Origin: Acutalibacteraceae bacterium
GTDB lineage: Bacteria > Bacillota > Clostridia > Oscillospirales > Acutalibacteraceae
Reading direction: 5' to 3'
DNA length: 64,000 bases
Assembly: GCA_045599985.1 (NCBI GenBank)
Contig: JAZRWZ010000166.1
Span: 2,369-66,368 of the forward strand
Both the position numbers and the translations under genes were made by a program. The notes beneath the pieces were generated by a model. It saw nothing but the letters and a program-made list of their open reading frames with translations. It did not search any database and was not told where the DNA came from. This document shows, in pieces, positions 28,703 through 38,723 of this stretch (the first letter of the stretch is position 1; the number at the start of each line of letters is the position of its first letter).

Positions 28703-30814
28703 TTACCGGGCGGTAAGAGTCACCGTCTGCCCCGGGTTCAGGGTTACGGTAAAGCCGTTTTCGGCGGGTACAACACCCTCGGGCAGGGCAGCGGGGCACA
28801 TGGCGCAAATCAGTTTCACCCTGCAGGCGCGTTTTGCCGTGAGGGAAACGGATGCGGTCTGCCCGTTTTCACGCTTTGCCGATACCAGACATCCGTTTTC
28901 CGCCAGCAAATCCCCGAAGGATACGTTTTGCCAGCTGTCGGGTGTGCCGGTGAATACACGAATCTCGTCCCCCACGCTTATCATCAGCATATCCAGTATG
29001 CTGCGGGCGGCGGCGGGCGGTGTTTCCAGCACGGGGCTGAAATCCTCATGATACATGGTGTTGGGGCGGATGTAGCCCTCAAACAGCCTCTCCAGTTTTT
29101 TGAGCGCCATGTTGCCGTTGCCGAGATAAGCATACATGGAGGCGGAGCCGGTGCAGGAGTAGCCCTGCAGGCCCTTGGGCATGCTCTGCCAGTGGGCAAT
29201 GCTTTTTTCAATCAGTTCCCGCTGTGCCGGGTCATTCTCATCCATAATATGCAAGGGATAAAACGCCAGCAGATGGGAGTAGTGGCGGTGAGATTCCGCC
29301 AAAGGATAATCCCTGCCTATCATGATGCCCTGCTCGGGGTCAACGGGCAGAGGGGCCAGTTCGTTCAGCACCTTCTGCCACAAAGCGGCGTTTTCATCCT
29401 TCAGGTCGAATTCGTCATTGAGCTTCTGCAGGGTGAGCAGACCCCACCGCAGCAGGCTCATGTTATAGGCACAGTCCTCGCTGATGCCCTTGTATTCGGG
29501 GGAGGTGGTGGGAGGCAGATGCCGGAGACCGTCCTCCTCTTTTTTGAGCAGAGCCACAATGTACTCCGTGGCCCCCTTGAGCACGGGGAACAGGAAATTC
29601 CTGAGGCGGTCATCATCGCAGGCGCTTCTCAGGTGCACATAGCAGTTATGCAGCGCCCACACCAGATTGCCCACCTCCAGCTCGATGGGGCGGGTGCATT
29701 CGCCGGGAATGCCGCAGTCGGTTTTTAAGGTGGAGGTGGTATTGCGACCGATGGTGCAGAACCTGCCGTTACGGTATTTTTCGGGCACATTCTCCCTGAG
29801 GGTATCCAATCCGTTTTCGATGGTTTCCAACAAAGATTCCCCGATTTCCAGATGATTGGCCGGGTACAGGGGGGAGTAGTTGAGCTCCACATTCAGGTTC
29901 CACCACCCGGCAGGCCAGGCGGTGTACTGCCCGAGCCACGGGCCTGCGGTATCAAATACATGGTAACCCTTGCGGGTGGCGGCGGCACACTTGTAAAGCT
30001 GAATCCAGTAAAACTGCTCCAGCTTTTTGTCGTCAAGGCTCACATAACTTTTGGTGTAGAAGCTGTTCCAGAAGGCGTGCAGCTTCTGCTTTTCCGCCTC
30101 ATAGGCGCCGTAAAGGGCGTTCACCCGCCCGGGCGCATCCCCTGCGGGAGTTTCCCCGATTTCGTAATTTTCAATCAGGCAAACCAGCGTGTGCTCGCTG
30201 CCCTCGTCAAATATCTTGTAATTCACCCGGTATTCGCCGCCCCGGAATTTGGGCTGAATGTGGGTGACCACACCGTCCTTCTCCTCCCGGCGGGGAGGCT
30301 TGGGGTCATCGTAATGCAGGCTGACCCGGGCATCTTTTTCCAGCAGCATCTTGTACTGACGGGGGCTCATGGCAGGCACAGGCTCATACGCGGCCTTTAC
30401 GCCGCTGCCCTGCTCCCGCCAGCGGAAGAAAAAGGCCTTTTGCCCCTCCACGGTGAAGCATTCCGTTTTTACGGTGCCGCCGTTATGGGTCAGGTCGGCG
30501 GTCAGCTCCCCATCATAAAGGGAAAGCTGCATGTTGTTGGCGGTAAAGCCGCCCGGTGCCGAAATGCGGAACCCGCCCAAGGGCAGGCGGGGGGTTAAAT
30601 AGAGCATATCCTGCTCCTGCCCGCTGTTGTCGCGGTTATCGTAAACGCTTGTGTTGCCCACATTCAGGTAAAGGTTGTTATCCTTATCAAAATAGGCGGA
30701 AACACCCGTTTCCCCGTTGCCCAGAAACGGGCCTTCAAACCATGTGCGGGGGAAATCCCGCCACACCATGGCGTGGGAAGACAGCACAGCCTTAAAATCA
30801 AATTGAGAATTCAT
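28703..30814 (-). CDS. GH95-like glycoside hydrolase
   Basis: GPFLGNG N-terminus, WNLNVELNY, TTSPEY, HRHYSHLL and GYS motifs; the true start is well inside the listed ORF. Confidence 0.7.
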   Translation of the reverse strand: MNSQFDFKAVLSSHAMVWRDFPRTWFEGPFLGNGETGVSAYFDKDNNLYLNVGNTSVYDNRDNSGQEQDMLYLTPRLPLGGFRISAPGGFTANNMQLSLYDGELTADLTHNGGTVKTECFTVEGQKAFFFRWREQGSGVKAAYEPVPAMSPRQYKMLLEKDARVSLHYDDPKPPRREEKDGVVTHIQPKFRGGEYRVNYKIFDEGSEHTLVCLIENYEIGETPAGDAPGRVNALYGAYEAEKQKLHAFWNSFYTKSYVSLDDKKLEQFYWIQLYKCAAATRKGYHVFDTAGPWLGQYTAWPAGWWNLNVELNYSPLYPANHLEIGESLLETIENGLDTLRENVPEKYRNGRFCTIGRNTTSTLKTDCGIPGECTRPIELEVGNLVWALHNCYVHLRSACDDDRLRNFLFPVLKGATEYIVALLKKEEDGLRHLPPTTSPEYKGISEDCAYNMSLLRWGLLTLQKLNDEFDLKDENAALWQKVLNELAPLPVDPEQGIMIGRDYPLAESHRHYSHLLAFYPLHIMDENDPAQRELIEKSIAHWQSMPKGLQGYSCTGSASMYAYLGNGNMALKKLERLFEGYIRPNTMYHEDFSPVLETPPAAARSILDMLMISVGDEIRVFTGTPDSWQNVSFGDLLAENGCLVSAKRENGQTASVSLTAKRACRVKLICAMCPAALPEGVVPAENGFTVTLNPGQTVTLTAR

Positions 30815-30991
30815 TGTGGCCTCCTCGTTTGTTGCGTATATCGGTATGTGAATTTTATCATACCAAAGAAAAAAGAAAAACACAACTGTTCCCGGCATTT
30901 TTGCCGTCACCCTTTGCCCCGCCGCCGAATACAATAAAGCAAACGGCTGCGCCCCGGTTCCCCCAAGGCGCCGCCCCAAGGAGGAATGGGT

Positions 30992-32122
30992 ATGACAAAC
31001 GAAAACCGAGGCTGTTTTCTGGGCTCCGCCGGTGCCGGCTGCTTCGTGAACCATTTTGACAGCCTTTTGCCGCCGGAGAGCGAGGGCTGGTACACCTATA
31101 TTCTGAAGGGCGGGCCCGGCACGGGCAAATCCACCCTGATGAAGCAGCTGGCCCGCAGCATGGAGAAGCACGATATCCCCTGCGAGCGGGTGTTCTGTGC
31201 CTCCGACCCCGACTCGCTGGACGCGGTGGTGTTCCCCTGCCTGACCGCCGCCGTGGTGGACGGCACCGCCCCCCACGAAATGGAGCCCGCCTACCCCGGG
31301 GTGGACGGCGAAATCGTGAATCTGGGGCTGTGGCAAAGCGATGTGCTGCAGGCAAACGGTGAAAAAATCCGTGCCCTGACCGACAAAAACCGGGATTTGC
31401 ACCGCAAAAGCAGAGGGTACCTTGAGGTATGCTTTTCCCTTTACCGTCGTGCCGCCGCGCTGGAGAGGCAATGCCTGAATACCGAAAAAATCAAACGGTA
31501 TGCCGCCCGGCTCGGGGCCCGGTATTTTGATGCCCCCGCCCCGGAACGGGGCAAAACCCACGTGCGGCTGATGGAGGCCGTCACCCCCAAGGGCTTTTTG
31601 TTTGCCGCCGATTACGCCGCTGCCCTTTGCCCCAAAGCCGTGATTCTGCACGACGAATTCGGCAGTGCCGCCGCCGAATTGACGCAGGCACTGGCAGAGG
31701 CTGCCCTGCAATGCGGATGGAATGTGACCCAAAGCCCCTCCCTGTTCGGGGAGGGCATCCGCCACCTGATTGTGCCGGAGCTGGGCTTCGGCTGCTTCAC
31801 CTCCGACCGGCTGTGCACAGCGGATATTCCCAACGCCCGCCACATCCATGCCGCACGGTTTACGGATGCGGCAAAGCACAGCCGCTGCCGTGAAAAGCTG
31901 AAATTCCTGGGCAAATCGGCGTGGGAGATGCTGGAGGAGGCCTGCCTCACCCTGCAGGAGGCGGGGGAGGTTCACAACGAACTGGAGGCTCTTTATGCCG
32001 CCGCCATGGATTTTGAGGCTGTGGGACAGATTACGGAGGAGCTTTTTCAAAAGCTGTGGGCCCGCAGCTGGCGGGAGGACGGGGAAATCAGCGAGGATTC
32101 CCCCTCCCCCAATACACCGTGA
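30992..32122 (+). CDS. P-loop ATPase, PRK06851-like
   Basis: YILKGGPGTGKST, DPDSLD and DGTAPH motifs; degenerate second module. Confidence 0.75.
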   Translation: MTNENRGCFLGSAGAGCFVNHFDSLLPPESEGWYTYILKGGPGTGKSTLMKQLARSMEKHDIPCERVFCASDPDSLDAVVFPCLTAAVVDGTAPHEMEPAYPGVDGEIVNLGLWQSDVLQANGEKIRALTDKNRDLHRKSRGYLEVCFSLYRRAAALERQCLNTEKIKRYAARLGARYFDAPAPERGKTHVRLMEAVTPKGFLFAADYAAALCPKAVILHDEFGSAAAELTQALAEAALQCGWNVTQSPSLFGEGIRHLIVPELGFGCFTSDRLCTADIPNARHIHAARFTDAAKHSRCREKLKFLGKSAWEMLEEACLTLQEAGEVHNELEALYAAAMDFEAVGQITEELFQKLWARSWREDGEISEDSPSPNTP

Positions 32123-32167
32123 TTCTTCCCCTGCGTGTAAGAAACTGAAAATACGATGCAAACTGAA

Positions 32168-32202
32168 AAAGCGATGCTAAGACAAGTGCTTAACATCGCT
32201 TT
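32168..32202. repeat. hairpin family copy 2
   Basis: AAAGCGATGCTAAG...CTTAACATCGCTTT between convergent genes. Confidence 0.75.
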
Positions 32203-32224
32203 CTTTTTATGGAACGAAACAGGC

Positions 32225-33763
32225 TTATTCCTTCACATCAAAGGTTTCCCCGTTTTTGCTGATTTTCATGACGATTTCCTTGCTGCCGAACACAAAGCGC
32301 ATCTCGTGCTTGCTGCCGAAGAAGGGAGCCAGCCGCTTTTTGAGCCCCGGCTGCTCAAAGCCGTTTGTCACAATCCATGTGCCCTTGCCGTCCCGGTATT
32401 CCCGGTAGCCCACGGCAGGGGCCTTTTTGCCCGCGGGAGCAAAGCGGGGAACGGTGACCACGGTCAGGCCGTTGTTTCTCACACATTCCGCCACTGCATC
32501 GGCGGTTTCTTTGCTGACGGTTTCGCCGCAGAGAAAGGCCAGCTTCAGGGTTTTCAGCTGCTCCGCCTTCACTTTATCGTCAAACACCACGGCGTTGTTC
32601 ATGGTAACGAAGGAGCGGTGAGGGGCATACAGGCTGCGCAATTCCAAACGGCCCCAGGAGATGCCGTTGCGGCCGCTCTCCCCCTGCGTAATCAGGCGCA
32701 GGGCACGAATCCACTCTCTGTTTTGTTTATGCACCTTCAATTTGGGGTTGCCGAAAAGCATATTGCGCCAGAAAAAGCGGCAGCGGCCCTGCCCCCAATA
32801 GGTGTCATCATAGCGGATCACGGCGATTTCCGGCTCGTAATCCTGCACATTGTAGTCCCGTTCTTTCCCTTTATATTCCCCGGCAAAGCGGCAGAACGCC
32901 TCACCGTAGGGGGTAATGGTATCTTCCTCGCCCTCATAGAACCTTTCGGCGGCCTCCACATACACCGCATCCACACCCGCCAGATAGGCAAATTTCAGGT
33001 TATGGTACATCTCCTCCACGGAGTGGCCGGGGAAGGTGAGCCGATACCACAAATCCACGCAGTTCCACAAGGGTGTTTTATACTGCATGGCGGCACCGGC
33101 GGCAATGACAAACTGGATGACGGAGGCGGACTCCTTCTGGGATTTAAAGTTGGGGATAATATCATTCTCCGCAAATTTATGGAACAGCACGGGGAACACG
33201 TGCTCACCGGAAAGGGTGGCGGCACCCAATTCGCCCAGCTCTTTGCGGTATTCCTTCAGCTGCTCGCTGAGCAGAGCGCCCTGCTTGAGCACATTTTTCT
33301 CCTTGAGCACGGGGAAGGTGGGTTTATCGATTTTGTATTTGGAGGCAAGAGCCAGAGAGATGTTGCGGTTGATGATGACATGTTCAAATTCATCATACAT
33401 CACGCCCCAGCAGTTGCCCTGACTGTTGAGCGCATCCATATACGCCCCGGGGATGTTCAGGCGGTGCGTGCCGTCGGGGTGGTTGGCCCAGTCAAAGCCG
33501 TCCTTCGTTGCGGTATCGTTGTTAAAATTCTGGCTTTCAAAGTTGGCGATATAGTCCACGCCAAGGTCGCTCATGGCCTTTACGGCCTTTTCGGCGCGCC
33601 GGCAATTCTCCTCCACGGTCAGTTTGTCGTCCGGGTCAATGTGGCACAGAATAAAGTCCACACCCCTGCCCGTTCTGGCGGGGCCGTCAAACTGATTGCG
33701 CCCTCTGTAAAAGGCGCCGATATTGGTGTGATACCCGATTTTCAAGGGCTTGTTGGCAGACAT
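32225..33763 (-). CDS. hypothetical protein (512 aa), possible glycoside hydrolase-like barrel
   Basis: RBS GGGAGG, host-like codon usage, Trp/Tyr-rich; fold inferred from context only. Confidence 0.6.
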   Translation of the reverse strand: MSANKPLKIGYHTNIGAFYRGRNQFDGPARTGRGVDFILCHIDPDDKLTVEENCRRAEKAVKAMSDLGVDYIANFESQNFNNDTATKDGFDWANHPDGTHRLNIPGAYMDALNSQGNCWGVMYDEFEHVIINRNISLALASKYKIDKPTFPVLKEKNVLKQGALLSEQLKEYRKELGELGAATLSGEHVFPVLFHKFAENDIIPNFKSQKESASVIQFVIAAGAAMQYKTPLWNCVDLWYRLTFPGHSVEEMYHNLKFAYLAGVDAVYVEAAERFYEGEEDTITPYGEAFCRFAGEYKGKERDYNVQDYEPEIAVIRYDDTYWGQGRCRFFWRNMLFGNPKLKVHKQNREWIRALRLITQGESGRNGISWGRLELRSLYAPHRSFVTMNNAVVFDDKVKAEQLKTLKLAFLCGETVSKETADAVAECVRNNGLTVVTVPRFAPAGKKAPAVGYREYRDGKGTWIVTNGFEQPGLKKRLAPFFGSKHEMRFVFGSKEIVMKISKNGETFDVKE

Positions 33764-33951
33764 AGCGTTCCTCCCGATTGGCCGTTTTTTACATCTTTCC
33801 CGTATTCTAACAAATTTCGCGGCAGATATCAACCCACGGGATTCCGTGTTGTTTTTCATAAAATATATGGTATAATGTGGGCAGTATATATCCGAATTAT
33901 TTCGGGCTTTTCCGCCGCCCTGCGGCAAAGCCGGAACAGGAGGAATCCGCC

Positions 33952-34731
33952 GTGACCGCACAGGAAATTTACGAAGCCCTTTGTAAGGGCATTGCCGTGC
34001 CCCCGGAAACATGCGATACCTTCAAGGCCGGAGACCCCGGCAGGCAGGTGAAAAAGGCCGCCGTTGCCATGTTTGCCACGGTGGATTTGATCCGGGAGGT
34101 TACGGCGTGGGGCGCCGACCTGCTGATTGTGCATGAGCCCACCTACTATAACCACCTTGATAAACGCATCGAAAGCGTCGTGGCCGAGCGAAAAAGAGCC
34201 CTGCTTGAGGAAAGCGGGCTGGTCATTTTCCGCTACCACGACCACCCCCATCTTGCCGCCGAGGATATGATATGCAAGGGCGGCTTAGCCGCCATGGGCC
34301 TTACCGGCAGGGTGGAAAAAACCGAAAACTTCGGCACCTACCTTTTCACGCCGGATACCCCCATCACCGCCCGTGAGGCAGCCGGGCGCATGGCAGAGCG
34401 GCAGGGGCTGCGGTTTGTGCGCGTGGCAGGGGAGTTGGACTACCCCACCCGCCGCATTGCTGTTTGCTTCGGCACCCCCGGCCATCTGGACGAGGCTGTT
34501 GAGGATGACCGCTTTGACCTGATTATGACAGGAGAAATCTGCGAATGGGGCACCGCCGAGCGTGTGCGTGACGCGGCGGCGCTGGGCCTGCACAAATCCC
34601 TGATGGTCATGGGCCACATCGGCTCCGAACGGGACGGCATGAAATATGTGGCAGAGCAGATGAAAACCGCCTTCCCCGAAATCGAAACCGCCTATTTTGA
34701 GTGCGGTGAAGTATTTCGGGCGATAAAATAA
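33952..34731 (+). CDS. Nif3-like dinuclear metal-centre protein
   Basis: DLLIVHEP, YHDH, TGE and GHIGSE motifs; GTG start after AGGAGG. Confidence 0.8.
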   Translation: MTAQEIYEALCKGIAVPPETCDTFKAGDPGRQVKKAAVAMFATVDLIREVTAWGADLLIVHEPTYYNHLDKRIESVVAERKRALLEESGLVIFRYHDHPHLAAEDMICKGGLAAMGLTGRVEKTENFGTYLFTPDTPITAREAAGRMAERQGLRFVRVAGELDYPTRRIAVCFGTPGHLDEAVEDDRFDLIMTGEICEWGTAERVRDAAALGLHKSLMVMGHIGSERDGMKYVAEQMKTAFPEIETAYFECGEVFRAIK

Positions 34732-34743
34732 GGAGGGTCAATC

Positions 34744-36597
34744 GTGATTCAGAACTCATTGCGCATCTGGGCCGACAAAGCCCCCTACCCCGGGCAAATC
34801 GTCCGTTTTCAAAAGAAATTTACCGCCGACAGCGGAGAGGTTACCCTGCAGCTCTGCTGTGACACCGACTATATCGCTTTCATCAACGGCAGCCGGGTGG
34901 CCTACGGCCAGTTTCCCAACTACCCCGCCCGCCGCTATTATGACACGGTGGATGTTACCCCCTTCTGCCGGGCAGGAGAAAACACCCTGACCGTTACCGT
35001 GCGGTATGAGGGGCTGGATACCTCCTGCCACATTGATATCGGCGCAGGGCTCAGCTTTTGCCTGATTCAGAACGGCGAAGTGCTGGCCCAAAGTGACGAT
35101 TCCGTATTGGCCGGTGAGGACGGGGACTATGTGCAGGGAATGACCCGCCGCATTACGGGTCAGCTGGGTGCCGCCGTGGATATGCAGGCAGAGGGTGAAA
35201 CCCGCCTTGCGCCCTGCGCTGCCGCTCCGATTACATTTGAACTGTGCCCCCGCCCCGTCAAAAAGCTTCGGGAATTGCCCTTCAAAGCGGCGGTTCCCGT
35301 GGCAGGAAAGCCCCGTATCTTTGATTTGGGGCGTGAGGAAGCGGGGTACCTGAACCTTACCCTGCTGTGCGAAAAGGACGAAACCGTGACCCTCTCCTAC
35401 GGTGAACACCTCTGTGACGGAGAGGTGCGGCGCAAAATCGGTGACCGTGATTTCTCCCTGAACTTTTACTGCAAAGCGGGCGAAAATCACTTTGAAAACC
35501 GTTTTATCCGCTTGGGCGGCCGTTATCTGCAGGTGAGCGGCAGCTGCGAAATCCGTGAAATCGGCCTTGTGCCCGTGCTGTATCCCCTTACCGAAAAGCC
35601 CCGTTTCTTAGACGGAACGGACGGCAGAATCTATGACACCTGCGTGCGCACCCTGCGCCTTTGCATGCATGAGCATTATGAGGATTGCCCCTGGCGGGAG
35701 CAGGCGCTGTATGTGCTGGACAGCCGCAACCAGATGAAATGCGGCTATGTGGCTTTTGAAGAAACCGATTTTCAAAAGCAGATGCTTCTGTTCATGCGCA
35801 GCGGGCAGAACCCGGACGGCATGCTGGACTTAACCTTCCCCACCCGCATGACCTGCGCCATCCCCTCCTTCTCCGTGATGTACCCCGTAAGCGTGTACGA
35901 ATATGTGGAGGCAACGGGGGACACCTCCCTGATTCCCGATGTTTTGCCCACCATCCGAAAAATCATTGCCCTGTTTGAGGGGCATATAGATGACACGGGG
36001 CTGATTGCCAACCCCGGTAACGGCCGCTGGAATTTTTATGAATGGATTCCCGAAAATTGCGACCGCCCCGAAGGGGAGCATGACCTGATACTGAACACCA
36101 TGTTCATTTTAGCCCTGCGCTGTTACAAAAAGCTGTGCGACCGGGCGGGAGAACCCTGCACCGTCAATGACGGCGACCTTGCCGCTGCCGTTACCCGGCA
36201 TTTATTTGACGGGGAAACGGGGCTGTTCCGCAACGCTTTGGAGGGAGAGCCCGCCTACACCCGCCTTGGCAACGCGGTGGCCGTTTTGTGCGGCCTCGGC
36301 GATGAACGCACCGCCCGTGCCGTGAAGCTTTGCGAGGGGCTTTCGGATGCTACCCTCTCCATGCAGGGCTTCATTTATGACGCGGTATTACAGGCCTTCC
36401 CCGATGAGGGTGAGTTTGTGCTGAACGACATCCGCAAAAACTACGGCTACATGCTGGAGCAGGGAGCCACCTCCTTCTGGGAAACCATTGTGGGCCAATC
36501 CGATTTCGGCAACGCCGGCAGCCTCTGCCACGGGTGGAGCGCTCTGCCGATATACTACTACGATAAACTGTTGAGAAAAGGAGCAAAAACAAAATGA
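34744..36597 (+). CDS. GH78 alpha-L-rhamnosidase family
   Basis: IFDLGRE, DCPWREQ, GATSFWE and SLCHGWS motifs. Confidence 0.85.
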   Translation: MIQNSLRIWADKAPYPGQIVRFQKKFTADSGEVTLQLCCDTDYIAFINGSRVAYGQFPNYPARRYYDTVDVTPFCRAGENTLTVTVRYEGLDTSCHIDIGAGLSFCLIQNGEVLAQSDDSVLAGEDGDYVQGMTRRITGQLGAAVDMQAEGETRLAPCAAAPITFELCPRPVKKLRELPFKAAVPVAGKPRIFDLGREEAGYLNLTLLCEKDETVTLSYGEHLCDGEVRRKIGDRDFSLNFYCKAGENHFENRFIRLGGRYLQVSGSCEIREIGLVPVLYPLTEKPRFLDGTDGRIYDTCVRTLRLCMHEHYEDCPWREQALYVLDSRNQMKCGYVAFEETDFQKQMLLFMRSGQNPDGMLDLTFPTRMTCAIPSFSVMYPVSVYEYVEATGDTSLIPDVLPTIRKIIALFEGHIDDTGLIANPGNGRWNFYEWIPENCDRPEGEHDLILNTMFILALRCYKKLCDRAGEPCTVNDGDLAAAVTRHLFDGETGLFRNALEGEPAYTRLGNAVAVLCGLGDERTARAVKLCEGLSDATLSMQGFIYDAVLQAFPDEGEFVLNDIRKNYGYMLEQGATSFWETIVGQSDFGNAGSLCHGWSALPIYYYDKLLRKGAKTK

Positions 36598-38630
36598 GCA
36601 GATTTGCCATGAACGCTGCCCCCGCCAAGGCAGAACAGAGCTTTATCTTCGGAGATGTGCGCCTGAGCGTTATCAGCCACCGCATTTTACGCATTGAAAA
36701 AGCCCCCTTGGGCCGCTTCTGTGACAAGGCCTCCCAGATGGCGGTGTGCCGTGATTTCTGCACCGCTCCCGTAACCGTGACCGAAAAGGGCAGCACCGTT
36801 ATCCTGAAAACGGAGCAGGGTGCTTTCCGTGTGAACCTGAAAACACTGGCGGCGGAGGCAAAAATCGGCAGCCGCTGGGTATTGCCCACCAATCAAACCA
36901 ACATGGGCGGCACCGCCCGCACACTGGACGGCACCTTCGGCGTACTGGGCAGCTGGAAGACTAAAAAAGAAAAGAAGGACCACTTTTGCTTCGGTCACCT
37001 GCGCAAGGGCATTTTTGCCACAAGCGGCGCTGCCGAAATTGATGACAGCAAATCCTTCCTGTTTAACGAAGACGGCTCCGTCTGCCTGAGAGAAAAGGGC
37101 ACAACGGATAAATATATCTTCGCCTTCGGGGATGACTACCTGGGCGGCCTGAAGGAATTTTACCTGCTTTGCGGTCAGACCCCCGTTCTGCCCAAATATG
37201 CTTTGGGCAACTGGTGGAGCCGCTACCACGCCTACAGCGCCGACGAATACACGGGGCTGATGACGGAATTCCAAAAGCGGGGCATCCCCTTCACCGTTGC
37301 CACCATTGACATGGACTGGCACAAGGTCAAAAACATTCCCCGCGACATCAAGCCCACCATCATTCAGGGCGCCGGATGGACGGGCTACACCTTTGAGGAA
37401 TCCCTGTTCCCCGATTACAAGGGCTTTTTCCGCGACCTGAAGAGCCGCGGCCTTGCCGTAACCATGAACCTGCACCCCCACGACGGCGTGCGTTACTTTG
37501 AGAAGCAGTATAAAGAGATGTGCGAGGCCTGCGGGCAGAATCCCGAAACCAAAGAGCCCGTTCGCTTTAACCTGACCGACCCCACCTTTACCAACGCCTA
37601 TTTTGACATTCTGCACCATCCTTATGAGGAAGACGGCGTGGACTTCTGGTGGATAGACTGGCAGCAGGGCACCTCCTCCCCCCTGATGATGGGCCTTGAC
37701 CCCCTGTGGCTCCTGAACCACTACCACTTCAACGATATCTGCCGAAACGGCAGCACGGGCATGATTCTGTCCCGCTACGCCGGTCTGGGCTCCCACCGTT
37801 ACCCCGTGGGTTTTTCCGGCGACACCTATGTGTGCTGGAAGAGCCTTGACCTGCAGCCCTGGTTCACCGCCAACGCCTCCAACGCGGGCTACACCTGGTG
37901 GAGCCACGACATCGGCGGCCACATCGGCAGCGTGGGGCAAAATGAAATCTATCTGCGCTGGGTGCAGTACGGCGTGTTCTCCCCCATCAACCGCCTGCAC
38001 TCCAACAACAAATCCCTCTCCAAGGAGCCCTGGCATTACCCCAAGGCCGAAAAAATCGCCGTGGATTTCCTGCGCCTGCGCCACCGTCTGCTCCCCTACC
38101 TCTACACCGCCAATGTGCTGACGGCCAACGAGGGGCTTCCCCTTGTTTGCCCCATGTATTACTACGACAAATCTCCCCTTGCCTACGATGAGAAATACCG
38201 CAACCAGTATTACTTCGGCGGGCAGCTCATTGTGGCACCCGTTACCGAACCCACCAAAAAGAACCGCTGCAACGTGCGCTTCTATCTGCCCGAGGGGCAA
38301 TGGACCAACGTATTCACCGGCAAAACCTATGAGGGCGGCGAATACACCATGCACTGCGACCGGGAGCATTACCCCGTGTTTGCCAAAGCGGGCGCCATTG
38401 TGCCTCTGCTGCCCGAGAGCGAGGGCAACAGCACCGATTTTGCCGCGCTGGATGTAGCCGCCTATTACGGCTGCGGGGAATACACTCTGTTTGACGACGA
38501 CGGCGAAACCGTTCACTTTGCTCTCAACGGCGATTCCCTCACCGTGACCCCCTCCGCCGGCAGCCGGGTAAAAACCGTTACCGTGCACTACATCAACAGC
38601 GAAAAGGCGGATGAGGTATTCACCTTCTGA
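36594..38630 (+). CDS. GH31 glycoside hydrolase
   Basis: LGNWWSRY, IDMDWH, WWIDWQQG, FSGDT, WSHDIGG and RWVQYGVFSP motifs. Confidence 0.88.
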   Translation: MSRFAMNAAPAKAEQSFIFGDVRLSVISHRILRIEKAPLGRFCDKASQMAVCRDFCTAPVTVTEKGSTVILKTEQGAFRVNLKTLAAEAKIGSRWVLPTNQTNMGGTARTLDGTFGVLGSWKTKKEKKDHFCFGHLRKGIFATSGAAEIDDSKSFLFNEDGSVCLREKGTTDKYIFAFGDDYLGGLKEFYLLCGQTPVLPKYALGNWWSRYHAYSADEYTGLMTEFQKRGIPFTVATIDMDWHKVKNIPRDIKPTIIQGAGWTGYTFEESLFPDYKGFFRDLKSRGLAVTMNLHPHDGVRYFEKQYKEMCEACGQNPETKEPVRFNLTDPTFTNAYFDILHHPYEEDGVDFWWIDWQQGTSSPLMMGLDPLWLLNHYHFNDICRNGSTGMILSRYAGLGSHRYPVGFSGDTYVCWKSLDLQPWFTANASNAGYTWWSHDIGGHIGSVGQNEIYLRWVQYGVFSPINRLHSNNKSLSKEPWHYPKAEKIAVDFLRLRHRLLPYLYTANVLTANEGLPLVCPMYYYDKSPLAYDEKYRNQYYFGGQLIVAPVTEPTKKNRCNVRFYLPEGQWTNVFTGKTYEGGEYTMHCDREHYPVFAKAGAIVPLLPESEGNSTDFAALDVAAYYGCGEYTLFDDDGETVHFALNGDSLTVTPSAGSRVKTVTVHYINSEKADEVFTF

Positions 38631-38723
38631 TTCCGCCCAAAAACGGCAAAAACCCGTTGCATCCCTCACACAATTATGGTATTCTGTGTTTACTTCATAA
38701 ACCGAAGACAGGAGAAAAACGCT

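Noticed and set aside
30815-32161. N-terminal 449 aa of the listed 1152-aa ORF
   Set aside because: Antisense to the ATPase gene; the GH95-like protein has its own RBS and ATG at 30814, so it is not a real fusion.
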